NCBI RefSeq assembly: GCF_001194135.2
Contig: NC_068984.1
Location: 75,491,875 to 75,555,874 of the forward strand
Length of the DNA stretch: 64,000 bases
DNA from: Octopus bimaculoides
Taxonomy: Eukaryota
Reading direction: 5' to 3'
The position numbers were made by a program, and so were the translations under genes. The notes beneath the pieces were generated by a model that did not search any database, had not been told where the DNA came from, and saw only the letters and a list, made by a program, of their open reading frames with translations. Positions 49,791 through 62,866 of this stretch are shown here, in pieces (position 1 is the stretch's first letter; every line of letters begins with the position of its first letter).

Positions 49791-52545
49791 AAAAGCCATT
49801 GCATGCTAATTTAATATTTAATGCGATGTTATCCTGAGGTTTGGTAACAACAAGTTTTCTGATATCTCAGGAATCTTTCTGGGGATTCTTATAGAATACA
49901 GCTTAGGACGTTTTGCAATGTTCATCAATTACCATAAGAACAATCTCCAACTTTTGTTCCAGAATCTCTTCGTCTCTCTGTCTAGATCTTGGTATTTCTC
50001 AATTTTTAGATTTCTTTGATATCCACTCTACTAGCATATGAGATTGCAAAGCCAATGATCTTATATTCTTTGTTCTTTCTAAGCGGTTATAATTAGCGAA
50101 TCCGTTTCTCGTTTCAAGTTTCCATCTTTCAGTCGCCACTATTGCTCTTCACTTTCAACATCCTCGGTTTGCTGCATGATTTAGCTATGTAGTGCTTTCT
50201 CTTGCTGGCTATTTATTTTATCGTTCTTTTCTTAAAATTTCTCAGTTTCTGTGACCTCTTCCATATTTCAAGCCCATATTTCAAGCCTTATTCCATAATG
50301 CGTAACATAGTTTTCCAAACCCAAAATGACAAAATTGCTGGTGTCTTCTCCATTTAATAAATCTCCGCCTCCATCCTCTTTTGGTAAATAGAACCTAGCG
50401 ATATTACTTGTTGAGTTAGTTTTGTTTCAAGTTTAGTTTTCATTTAGTTTTACTTGAAACGCCTTCCTAACTTTTCTCTTGTACTCATTGAAGACTTCTT
50501 TGCTCCCTTTCCTTTGTTTCACCATCCTGCAGCATCCCTATATACTTGAATCCTTTGATGATCTAATGATATCATTTTGCGACAACTTTATCGCATCACA
50601 TTTGCAAATTCGACCTCATTTCTTTATAAATATTGCACATTTGTGATTATTCTTTTCTTTTATTCTTTTACTTGTTTCGGTCATTTGACTGCGGCCATGC
50701 TGGAGCACTGCCTTTAGTCGAGCAAATCGACCCCAGGACTTATTCTTTAGAAGCCTAGTACTTATTCTATCGGTCTCTTTTTGCCGAACCGCTAAGTTAC
50801 GGGGACGTAAACACACCACCATCGGTTGTCAAGCGATGTTGGGGGGACAGACACACAAACATATACACACACATACATATACATAAACATATATATATAT
50901 ACGATGGGCTTCTTTCAGTTTCCGTCTACCAAATCCACTCACAAGGCATTGGTTGACCAGTGGGATAAAGTAGAAGACACTTGCCCAAGGTGACACGCAG
51001 TGAGAATGAACCCAGGACCATGTGGCTGGTAAGCAAGCTACTTACCACACATCCACTCCTGCGCTGTTCCCTTTGACATATGCGTGAACAAAAGGAACAA
51101 CACACGAAAATAAAGGAAAGAACTAGTCTCCCTAGAATATGCGGCTCCTGAGTTTCCACGCTTCCTAATGGTTCCTTTTTAGTATTATATTTCTACTTCC
51201 TAAGATCTCACTGCTTTCCTAAAATTTATTTATCTTCTCATAGATCCTAGATGACTACAATGGATCATTAAGCCAATAGTGCGATACATTATCTTATGCT
51301 TCTTTGTAGTCTATCCAAACAACAACTACATTCTTTCTTATCCGCACTTCATTTAGAATCTTCCTCTCAGTATACAAGAGCTAAGCAGTTCCTCTTGATT
51401 TCTTTCTGCATCCCTTTCGCTTCTCTGGTAATAGTTTCTCCTGCCACGAAGCCAACAATTTCCAGAGTAATAATACGCATGTAATACGCCTAAAATTATT
51501 GACTTCCTCTCCATTTTCTATACCCTTATGTATTGACAGACCTTTTTGTCATCCATGCCGGTCTTCCATTGTTTTATACAGTTAGTTAGAAACGGTTGTT
51601 TATAACTCTACATGTTTAAATATGTGAACACCATCGAGTCTAGAAGCTTTCCAGTTTGGTTTTTTTTAAAGCATAATTTTTACAACTTCTTTTCTAATAT
51701 CTACATCCTCTTTATTTGATCTGTTTCTCATTTCAATTTTAGACTCCCGTAACCAATCTGTATTGAACCTTTTTGCTCCTAATATCTCGCTAAATAGTCT
51801 CTACTACTTCAGTAATTGGTATAGCTTTCACCTGATATTCATTCTTATTGTTCACTGGTAGTAAAATATTATTCCAGTATTTCTGTTATTTAGTACTTTT
51901 AACCATCTTTGCCTTAATATTTTCTTGTTTCTTCTCTTTGGCTACCTGTAATTCTCTGTTCGTAATGTATCTACTATTATACTTTGGTTGAAGCTTGCCC
52001 TTATCTCTTTACTTTACCATCTTCTTTTCACCTATTGTATTTATCCTTTTTAAGATCGTTATTGAGCTACAAAACTTGATTCTCAAGTCTCCTTTTCCAC
52101 CATGTGTCTTTGCCACTTTTTTTCCACTTGTCTTTTAACCCCAAGAATTTCTGCATGAACAGAAGCCACATAGTATAAGACGCTTTTTACATCTGTTATA
52201 TTCTCAATTTTGTTGCTTGCCAACTCTATACTGCTTTTCGTACTTTTTCACTTGCGATTCTTTTCAAAGTTGCTAAACTCTCTCTATCGTTAGTTCTCGT
52301 CTCATTTAAGTATTAAAGTAATCTCCTTTCCTCTTCTGCAATATCCTTTCCCGTCATGAAATAAGACTTATTTTCACTGTCACTATTACTTTCTTCCTTC
52401 TGATGATATATTAATCTTTCTGCCATTTCTTATTCAATTTCCTCCGTTATGTAGCTATTATTCTTCATCTTTCGTTGTTCCGACGATGTCTTTCCAATTC
52501 CAAATGGGAAAGCCATTGTTTTCCCATGTTTTTTTTTTTCTAGAA
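49790..52545 (-). mobile_element. Near-full-length decayed R4/Dong-type LINE interrupted by SINE C
   Basis: Minus-strand motifs in correct order: KQWLSHLELE (~52510), KYWNNI (~51890), KASRLDGVH (~51640), WMTK (~51550), ITCVLLLWKLL (~51460), IF*GD* (~51130), YIGMLQ (~50540), DIARFYLPKEDGG (~50390), KEYKIIGFA..KIEKYQDL.RETKRFWN (~49960-50070). Confidence 0.88.
50649..51064 (-). mobile_element. SINE family C, full length (tRNA head, CORE-like, internal microsatellite, 3' module)
   Basis: GCAGGAGTGG..GTGGTAAG head, CACCTTGGGCAAGTGTCTTC CORE-like block, (TA/TG)n, 3' module and (AAAGAAT)-type tail. Probably one of the described octopus OR-type SINEs (name unverified). Confidence 0.92.
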
Positions 52546-52832
52546 ATCATTGTTCTGTGGTAGGGAACATCTTTTTCTCTATTATTCTCTCTTTTACCTC
52601 TCTTTTCTCTCTCTTTCCCCCTCTCTCTCTCTCTTCCACCCCTCTCTCTCTCTGCATTTCTCTCCCTCTTCTCTCTCTCTCATCCATATTTTATGCATTC
52701 ATTTTTTTATATTATTCTTTGTTAAGCACGCTCCTGTTATATTCTATGCAATTCTGTTGCCATTTTTAGATCACGGTCTTCTAATCCTTGCAGAGGTAGT
52801 TGAATATAATAATATTATTATCATCATTACAT

Positions 52833-53495
52833 AAGGCGGTGAGCTGGCAGAATTGTTACCACGCCGGGCAAAATGCTTAGCGACATTTCGTCTGTCTTTA
52901 TATTGTTAGTTCGAACTCCGCCGGGGTCGACTTTGACGTCTATCCTTTCGGGGTCGATAAAATAAATACCAGTTAAGCACCGAGGCCGATGTAACCGAGT
53001 CCGCTCCCCTAAAATTTCAAGCCTTGTGCCTTTAGTAGAAAGGATTATTATCTCTATAAAGGCGGAGAGCTGACAGAATTGTTAGCACACCAGGCAAAAT
53101 GTTTGGCGGCGTTTCGTCTGTTTTTGTGCTTTGAGTTCGGATTCCACCGAGGTCAACTTTGCTTTTCATACTTCCGATAATATAAGCACCAGTAAAGCAC
53201 TGAGGTCGATGCAATCGACTTAACCCCTCCCACGAAATTGCTGGCCTTGTGCCAAAATTTGAAATTGTTATTATCATTATTATTAAGCCGGCAGAATCGT
53301 TAGCACACCGGGCGAAATGCTTAGCGGTATTTCGTCTGTCGCTACTTTCTGAGTTCAAATTCCGCTGAGGTTGACTTTGCCTTTCATACTTTCGGGGGTC
53401 GATAAACTAAGTACCAGTGAAACACTGGGGTCGATGTAATCGACTATCTCCTTCCCCCACATTTCAGGCCTTGTGCCTATAGTAGAAAGGATCAT
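52833..53495 (+). mobile_element. Three head-to-tail SINE family B copies
   Basis: Starts at 52833, 53059 and about 53285, each preceded by the TTA-rich tail of the previous unit. Confidence 0.9.
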
Positions 53496-53545
53496 TATTA
53501 TTATTATTACTATTATTATCATCATCATCATCATCGTCATCATTT

Positions 53546-53594
<49 letters not shown>

Positions 53595-53639
53595 GGTTAG
53601 CAGAATAGTAAGGACCCAGTTGGCTTAAAATTTTGTCCA

Positions 53640-53990
53640 CTGTAATTTAAGACTATAAAGAACCTTGAACTTAAGGTTCTTTTTTATTATTTTTATTGTA
53701 TTTGTGTAACATTTTTCGTTTTTTTCCGTCCTTGTTTTTGTATACATTCGCCGCTTTCTTCCAATGAATCTAATCCTCTTAGCTTAGTTTTGCCCTAGGG
53801 CTGGCCAGATTGGAGCAATATCAAGAATAACCAACCGAAATTGCAAGGATAACCTGGATCTCGACTGAAGAGAGAAAACTCCGAATGACTTGTCCGTGTT
53901 TTCTTTGCATCGTCTATCTATGTGTTTTGTCCTTTTCTTATATCACCTAACTATCTGGATGTTTTGCGTCCTTGTCCCATTCTGTATTAT
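53640..53990 (+). mobile_element. Penelope-like terminal repeat, family P2
   Basis: Homologous to 10000-10300 (-): CTCTTAGCTTAG..GATTGGAGCA..CCGAAA..CTCGACTGA; ends at (TA)n. Confidence 0.55.
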
Positions 53991-56083
53991 TTATACATAT
54001 ATATATATATATATATTATAGAAATATTTATTATATATATACATTCGTACATACATCTGCAATAATAAACGCTCAAACGAATTTCTGTGTGTCAGTGTGT
54101 CACACTTTGACCCCACTCTCACTATTCAATGATACTTCTACTATTCCTCCTGCTAGGGTAAGAGTACTAGTAGGCATGAGGGCGGTAGTAGATTGACGGT
54201 TGTGATGGTAATGGGGTGATAGTAATAGTATGAGCTGTAGTTGTGATAGAGGCGGAGGCGACAGTGAGGATGGTGGTGGTGGTGGTGGTGGTGGTGGTGG
54301 TGGTAGCTGAGGTAGTGAGGGATGACGGTGATAGTAATGAATGTGAAAGACAGTAGTGATGGTGGTGGAGGGGAAGGTGATGAAATCGAAGGTATTGATG
54401 GTGGTGGCGTCAGAAGTTTGAATGGTGTGTGTATGGCAGTTGTGGTGGCAATGGTGTTGGTACTGGTGATGGTGATGGTTGAAAACAATCTAAAAAAGAG
54501 AAAGAAAGAGATTAGAGGGAAAAAAATTATACTGACCCCCGAATGGGAAGACAAGAAATGTTTATCATGCAGCTTTGAAATAAGTTGCAAGTCGACAAAT
54601 TATATCATTGTTATGATGAAAATTGTTCATTGCTTGAAAAATAATGGTCAAGTTTAATAAAATTTAATATGTACTCAATGTAGGAAGTGTTATTGTTGGG
54701 CCCAAGGCCCAATGAAGAGCCCTCCACAGAGGCTAGCTTAAAACCACCCTATATATATATATATATATATATTATAGGNNNNNNNNNNNNNNNNNNNNNN
54801 NNNNNNNNNNNNNNNNNNNNNNNNNNNNNNNNNNNNNNNNNNNNNNNNNNNNNNNNNNNNNNNNNNNNNNNNNNNNNNNNNNNNNNNNNNNNNNNNNNNN
54901 NNNNNNNNNNNNNNNNNNNNNNNNNNNNNNNNNNNNNNNNNNNNNNNNNNNNNNNNNNNNNNNNNNNNNNNNNNNNNNNNNNNNNNNNNNNNNNNNNNNN
55001 NNNNNNNNNNNNNNNNNNNNNNNNNNNNNNNNNNNNNNNNNNNNNNNNNNNNNNNNNNNNNNNNNNNNNNNNNNNNNNNNNNNNNNNNNNNNNNNNNNNN
55101 NNNNNNNNNNNNNNNNNNNNNNNNNNNNNNNNNNNNNNNNNNNNNNNNNNNNNNNNNNNNNNNNNNNNNNNNNNNNNNNNNNNNNNNNNNNNNNNNNNNN
55201 NNNNNNNNNNNNNNNNNNNNNNNNNNNNNNNNNNNNNNNNNNNNNNNNNNNNNNNNNNNNNNNNNNNNNNNNNNNNNNNNNNNNNNNNNNNNNATATATA
55301 TATACATAGGAAAATGAAAAAAGCCAGAATGCTGAACTGGAAGCATAATTTAATAAAGATTTTTTCTAACCGGTTTTCATTGCGATGAAGCAAATTATCA
55401 AGAAGAAGGAGAATGAAAATGTCTTTTTACAAAGAAGTACAAAAAAGTACAAAATGAGGAAATAATATATAAAACAATAATATATAAAAAAATAAATATA
55501 CCCATACATTATATTGTCTTTGAGCTTTTGTAGTTCAATAGTAGTTCATGTATAATATATACATATATATATATATATATATAAACACATACGCCGCATT
55601 TCACCCCTTTTTTTTCTTCTCTGTTAGCGACTCCAAATCAAGTGATGCCAAGATGAACATATGAATTTGTAATTGGTGTCGCTTAGTCAGAAACGTAAGA
55701 AATCGAGCGTAAGATGAAGGGAGTCAGTAACGCATTCAATTATGTATGACGAAGACAAGTTCGGTAGCTCTGGGTTGTTGGTGGAATTGTTTGTTTGCTG
55801 TCGATTACATTTCAAGCAAACAACGACTTAACAACAATAACAACAAAATCAAAAACAGCAATTATCACAAGTATAAGAGCAAAATTGCAGTCGGTAACAT
55901 TAATATCAACAAGAACATGAAGTGCTGTGACTTTAGGGTTAGAAAATTAACGATTTTCATCTAAACAGGAAATGAACAAATATACGTATGAATGTATCTA
56001 TGCATATAAATATCTTTGGGTGTGTATCTGAGTGTAAGTATGGTGAATGTATCTATGTATTACATGTGATTAAATGAATAGAA

Positions 56084-56129
<46 letters not shown>

Positions 56130-56368
56130 TAGTTACATACATATAAGTACACACATACACACACACACACATATATACATTTTGTGTGTGCGTGTGTGTG
56201 TGTGCATGTGTGTGTGTGTGAACACACTTTTATAGCATATACAAATAATATAAAGAGAGATATTAAAAAAGAAAGGCAAAGAGATAAATATGCCTGTATT
56301 GGGTGTTGTGTATATGTGTGTGTATACAAATACAGACATAGATATACATACATATATGTATACATACA

Positions 56369-56406
<38 letters not shown>

Positions 56407-56417
56407 AATACTTTTAT

Positions 56418-56462
<45 letters not shown>

Positions 56463-57293
56463 NNNNNNNNNNNNNNNNNNNNNNNNNNNNNNNNNNNNNN
56501 NNNNNNNNNNNNNNNNNNNNNNNNNNNNNNNNNNNNNNNNNNNNNNNNNNNNNNNNNNNNNNNNNNNNNNNNNNNNNNNNNNNNNNNNNNNNNNNNNNNN
56601 NNNNNNNNNNNNNNNNNNNNNNNNNNNNNNNNNNNNNNNNNNNNNNNNNNNNNNNNNNNNNNNNNNNNNNNNNNNNNNNNNNNNNNNNNNNNNNNNNNNN
56701 NNNNNNNNNNNNNNNNNNNNNNNNNNNNNNNNNNNNNNNNNNNNNNNNNNNNGTATCTGTTTACTGAAGAGAGTTTCTGAAGCTAGTATATATAGTCAGA
56801 AAAAACACGAACCACGGATACATATCCACAAAAAAAACCTGTGCTCGCACACACACATGCACACACACACACATACATACACACGGATACATACATACAT
56901 ACACACTCATGCACACACACAGACACACACACACATGCATGCATACATACATACATACATGCATACATACATAGAAACATACATACATACATACGTACAT
57001 ACATACATACATTCTCACTCACTGAGAGACATACGCACAGGCACGCACAAAACAACAATGAAAACCATCCAACCATCCAGCCAACCCAACAATGGTAACA
57101 GATCACCTTCTCACCACCACCACCACCACTTCCAGCTCAACGACCAAACTGATTGGATTATACAAGATTCTGTGACAAACAAGGAAGGCCAAAGGGCAAG
57201 TTTTTTTCATTCTAATTACAAAATAAGACCACCTTGATATTACTTCCCTGAAAACTGAATGTCCTCCTCCAGTATTATTACTATTATTATTAC

Positions 57294-57343
<50 letters not shown>

Positions 57344-58066
57344 GCATTATTATTATTGTTGTTGTTGTTGTTGTTATTATTGTCATAGCGTGAAGACCTG
57401 TTTTCCTTCTCCCTTCGAGACACGACTATATTTCAGGCATTATGAAATAAATACTTCTTTGGAGTGTTTGCCGAAAAGGATTTTATTACTTGAAGACTGT
57501 CTGCTTCCGAGGATCCGAGATAGAGAGAAATGGTTCACTTCAACAGCCTTTGTTTGTTTACACATTTTGACGATATTTCACGTTCAAAATCTTTACCAAA
57601 CATTCATTTAATATTGTACAAAGTAAAATATTAAACAAAATGAAAAGGGTGAGAAAGCAAAGATAACACAAAACCACGAAAGAAAAAATAATGATCATTT
57701 TAATGAAAAACTAATTGAAGAAAATATTTCGAACAGACTAAGCAATAATTTTAAAGGCAGTGCTAAAAGCAGGAACAGCACATGCACAAAAGCACACATG
57801 TTAAGGCATTCATACCGGAGGAGTGCAAAAGACTGGATTTTCAAATTTAACAGAGATACAAGAAAAAACTTCAAAGATTTTTGTAAAACCGGATAGTATC
57901 TCTTTGCTACAGGATATAATCCAAAAGATAAAAAACGAAAAGTAAAATATCTATATTTTAAAAGAGATGGCAGCAGTTTTCCATTACCGTCGAAACTGCA
58001 GTTAAAAATGACACTGCATAAAATTTCAGGAGAAATTGTGAAATTGTGTCATATAATGTAGGGAAA

Positions 58067-58456
58067 GTGGAGGCGCAATGACCCAGTGGTTAGGGAAGCG
58101 GACTCGCGGTCATAGGATCGCGGTTTCGATTCCCAGACCGGGGTTTTGTGAGTCTTTATTGAGCAAAAACACCTAAAGGTCCACGAGGCTCCGGCAGGGG
58201 ATGGTGACGAACCCTGCTGTACTCTTTCACCACAACTTTCTCTCACTCTTTCTTCCTGTTTCTGTTGTACCTGTAATTCAAAGGGTCAGCCTTGTCACAC
58301 TGTGTCACGCTGAATATCCCCGAGAACTACGTTGAGGGTACACGTGTCTGTGGAGTGCTCGGCCACTTGTATGCTAATTTCACGAGCAGGCTGTTCCGTT
58401 GATCGGATCAACTGGAACCCTAGACGTCGTAAGCGACGGATTTCCAACAACAACAA
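58067..58456 (+). mobile_element. SINE family A, full length
   Basis: GTGGAGGCGCAATG head and (CAA)n tail; possible decayed TSD AATGTAGGGAAA/AATGTAAAGATA. Confidence 0.92.
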
Positions 58457-58639
58457 TGTAAAGATATGCTATGACACCGTCTTTTGCACTTTAAAGTACG
58501 AGAACTTATCTAAAACGCGAGCTGAAATAGATATAACTCCAACAATACATTTGTGGCTCTATCGTTGGATATACACAAAAGGTAAAAAAGGAAAAAGTGA
58601 CAAAAGAGGGGACAGCAGTAGAAAACAAACAGGTGAGAA

Positions 58640-58900
58640 GGAACAACCACTTAAGAAAATAATGATGCTCCTCCTCAGACTAATGATTGAAACGATGATG
58701 TGTTGGACAATGAACTGACCTTCGAAGATCAATGTTTACGTTAGTGCTATGGATGTTCCTGTGATGTAAAAATGACTGAGACACGCGAAGAACAGATTGC
58801 TAATAAAAGCAAACGAAAAGAATTACGATGGATTGGAACAGTTGAGAACTGACTCAAAAAATGTTAACTGGCACCTTTCAGTGCACAAAACAACAAAGTG
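58640..58900 (+). mobile_element. Decayed RTE-like LINE 3' fragment
   Basis: KRKELRWIGTVE resembles the RTE thumb motif RLRWxGHV. Confidence 0.4.
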
Positions 58901-59269
58901 AACATTAGCTGGTGGGTTGAGATTTGGAGTGCCCTAACCTCACATAGTCAGTACTTTTTCCTCCGTGAGTAGACCGGAATCCAAAACATTTTTCATGTTG
59001 CATTTATTTTTAAATACATCTTGTTTTGATCATTGCCTTTTTCAATTAACTGGTGACTATGACTTATGCAAAGAACTTGTCGAGAAATATATCAGTCATA
59101 ATTTTTCAGATCTTCCCTATCATTCTTCTTATAAAGCAAGATGATTTTCGACTCCTTCCACAGCAAGAACATATTCCTTCGGTCAGAACGTAAGATGAAG
59201 ATTTCTACAGCTGCTCTCCTCCACTTCTTAATATTTCTGTTGTTGTACCATCTTTTGCAGTAGCCTTAC

Positions 59270-59790
59270 CTCTCTTGAACCTTCCTCTATCATGATGACG
59301 ATTCTGATAGGAGAAATAAAGAACACCCACTTGACGACCAGGAACCGAGAGTACAAACAGATTTTCATAAATAAGGCGCGATATTTTCACGTTAACATTA
59401 ATTCTAGAACGAGTGAAATGGTATAAGCTGCTTTTTTGATGTGCCTTCGTAGATTAAGAAAATACCTTCGATAGTATCGAGATGAATGCGATACTGAAGA
59501 CTCTGAAAACGCAAGGAACCGAGGTACAACACACCAAATTTCTCAAGGACGTGAACTTGGGATGTATGACAGACTTAGGTCTGCTGTCACCACCCACAGT
59601 AGTTCCTATTGTGAAGAGCATCAAAAGAAGGAAACAACATCTCTCTAACGCTCTTCACCACATCTCTCGAAATTTCATCTGTGTCATTGATTGGAAAAGT
59701 GCCATCAACAGCAAGCAAATATGCCTTTATTGATGTATCGTCAGACATATCACCATAAACCAGAAGTTCGCTGCGTTCAAACCCATACTA
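59270..59790 (-). other. Candidate host exon cluster (59303-59270, 59502-59466 and an open segment ~59785-59570)
   Basis: Good polypyrimidine+CAG acceptors with GTAAGG/GTATTT donors around 34-nt and 37-nt segments; a 66-codon open frame upstream; product unrecognised. Confidence 0.3.
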
Positions 59791-60414
59791 CTGCACGCTG
59801 GCATGAAAACATTTAACATTGGAACATTTCTTTGTCTGTTATTCACATAACATCTGTAGAATGCTTATAGTTCTTTCTCTAAACTTGCCGTACAGGAAAT
59901 GTTTCCAACTTTATATTATGATATAAAACATACTCTATTTAACGTATTGAATACTCTTTACTTTGTTCGTAATATTACTTGCACATATAATATAATATAA
60001 TATAATATAATATAATGTAATGTAATATAATATCATACATGTATAGATGTGGGAATGTGTAGCGAGGGTATGACGGTACTTCATAGATGTGTTACGTTTT
60101 GAATAGAAACCAGACCAAGCATGATTGAAACAAGCCAAGATAAATCAGAATATATATTGGAAGACTGGAGATGAAGGAAATAAACTAAAGAGAGAAAAAA
60201 AGAAAATAGTAAAAGAAAAAAGAATGACGTAGGAAAATCGAAGAGGAAAGGTGTGTGCGTGTGTTTTGTGTGTCTGTGCGTGTGTGTACACAAATATATA
60301 CATGCATGTATGTATGTATGTATGTATGTATGTGTGTGTGTGTGTGTGTGTGTGTTTGTTTGTGTGTGTGTGTATACATACATACATCAAAAGAGAGCAA
60401 AGGAGAGATGGCTA

Positions 60415-60427
60415 GATAGATAGAAAA

Positions 60428-60497
<70 letters not shown>
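60415..60497. repeat. (GATA)n microsatellite
   Basis: Direct reading. Confidence 0.96.
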
Positions 60498-61546
60498 GAA
60501 ATTAAAGAATAAAGGAAGGAAAGAAGAGTCCTTGAGACCTAGAAAAACCACTTCATGTTATAACCATCACAAGTGGCACAGTTGATTTTCTGTTATATAA
60601 ACACACACACACACACACACACATACACGATTGTGTGTATGTATTTGTGTGCATGTATGTGTGTATAAGTATGTGTAGCTATTTGTGTGGGGGGGCGCAT
60701 GCCTGTGTGTGTGTGTGTGTGTGTACACATGGACATTGAAGGACAGACGAGCACTCACTGACGAAAGACAAAGTCTCCAAACTGAAGCAGATTTTGCTGG
60801 TGATATTTGAAAATCTAATGAGTGGCCTCTTGTTTCAAGCTCCATTCATTGTTTTATACATGCTTTTACTTCTTTAGCATTTCAATTTCTTCAGAGAAAA
60901 TTTTTATTTTTTTAATGCTGACGCCACTTCATTCTTTCTTGTAGTCTTTACAGTTGTATCTCTGTCTGTCTTTCTCTTCTTTCCATCTTTCTGTGTATCT
61001 CTGTTTCTATTTCTATTTCTATGGCTTTCTTTTCTTTCTCTCTTTCTTTGACTTTCTTTCTATTTCTTTTCCTTTCTGTTCAAATCTCGAGGATATTAAA
61101 ATTATTTCGATGAAATGAGAAGCAAATTTGTCTGAGCGATTTTATCTGTATACACACGTACACGCAGACAATCTCGCATCTACATTTCCAAACTCACACA
61201 ACCACGCATATATGTATGTACATAAATACACAAACACACATATAAACGCATACAACTAGAAAAGTAGTTCTTTCGTTAAGAATCTTTAAAGCGTAGGACT
61301 GTTCCGGCTCTTTACAATCTGAGCTCAAATCCCGCCGTCTTCAATCCTTCCGATGGTGATAAAATAATTCATAATGAAAAACTAGTGTCTGTTTAAGCGA
61401 TTATACTAGGACTGGGTTTAGACACAAGCTGAACGATCTAGAACAGTCTTTTCTTCTGAAGGAACTGCTCAAATTTTCATTCGTCCCAATTTTATTATAA
61501 ATAATGATTTTACTCAATTAACCTAATTAACCCCTATTAGCAATAA

Positions 61547-61739
61547 TAAATTAGATCTAGCTATTAAAAAAAGCTACATACTCTCTCTCTCTCTCTCCCC
61601 TCCCTCTCTCACTACATAAATTAGATCTAGCTATTAAAAAAAGCTACATACTCTCTCTCTCTCTCTCCCTCCCTCTCTCACTACATAAATTATCTACATA
61701 CTCTCTCTCTCTCTCTCTCTCACTACATAAATTATCTAC

Positions 61740-61778
<39 letters not shown>

Positions 61779-61858
61779 ACGTAAAGTATCTACATACTCT
61801 TTCTCTCTCTCACGACATAAATAAATTATCTACATACTTTATCTTTCTCTCTCTCTCT

Positions 61859-61900
<42 letters not shown>
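61547..61900. repeat. Composite minisatellite: [CACTACATAAATTA..CTACATA(CT)n] about 6 units
   Basis: Two long units containing GATCTAGCTATTAAAAAAAG, then shorter units. Confidence 0.88.
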
Positions 61901-61904
<4 letters not shown>

Positions 61905-62029
61905 CAACTTCAACGACATGATGTGTCACAGGAGATTGAAAATTGCTTTTTTTATACTTATCTTTGATAAATGATATGATCTGAAATATGTCTAAATATA
62001 TGTTAACTTAGCATAGTCGGTTTGTATAT

Positions 62030-62236
62030 TGATTTCAGATTTTGGCACAAGGCCAGAAATTTCGGGAGATGGGATTACATCGACCCCAGTATTTGATTGG
62101 TTCTTATTTTGTCAACACCTCAAAAGGATAAAAGGCAAATTCGACCTTGGCGGAATTTGAACTCAAAACGTAAAGACGGACGAAATGGCACTAAGCATTT
62201 TACCCAGCGTGTTAATGATTTTGCCAGCTCGCTACT
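62030..62236 (-). mobile_element. SINE family B
   Basis: Reverse complement, full length. Confidence 0.85.
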
Positions 62237-62537
62237 TTAGTCGTTTTGTATACTGAGCTTGAACGTTTAATAAACACACACACTTATGGTCACTTATTTG
62301 TACAATTACTTTGATAAAATCGGTATTTAATTTGTTATTTAGTGAGATATTTATTTCACTAGTTAATGAATGAAGTTAGCAAAGAGAGCGAAGGCGAGAG
62401 AGAGACGAGAGGTACAGATACGCAACAGTTCCAGAGTGGATCATATGAAGACGATGGCCTGATTGTCTCCAAGTCCCAGATTTGGTGCACAGCCGAGCTG
62501 CCCAGGTTAAGAAAGTAGGCAACTTCACCTATTTTAA

Positions 62538-62866
62538 CGGCATGGTTCAGTAGTTAGGGATCACAGTCATGAGGTAGTGAGTTCGATTCTCGGACCAGGC
62601 TTTGAGTTGTGTTATTGAGTAAGAGACTTTATGTCATGTTGCTCCGGTTCACTCAGCTGTAGAAATGAGTTGCAATGTCATTAGTGCCAAACTGTAAATC
62701 GGCCTTTACCTTTCCTTTGGATAACATCGGTGGCGTAGAGAAGGGTTGCTGGTAGTATGGGAAACTGCTCATCTTCCATAAACAACCTTGCCCGGGTTTG
62801 TGCCTCGGGGATAACTTTCTAGGTGTCCTTCATGACCTTCATGACCGAAGGGGGTTTTACCCTTTA
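62538..62866 (+). mobile_element. tRNA-derived SINE family E, full length
   Basis: GGTTCAGTAGTTAGGG..GAGTTCGATTCTCGGACC head, GTTATTGAGTAAGAGACTT CORE-like block, and CATGACCGAAGGGGG..ACCCTTT end. Confidence 0.8.

Noticed and set aside
53865-53900. Reading CTGAAGA-GAGAAAACTC-CGAATG as a standard type I hammerhead
   Set aside because: GAAU replaces GAAA, an extra C breaks the register, and no helix I partner follows. Only the permuted reading gives helices I and III.
60745-60800. CTGACGA-AAGAC-AAA-GTCTC-CAAAC hammerhead-like stretch
   Set aside because: It needs at least three core changes (G10.1, G12, U16.1) and helix I does not pair.
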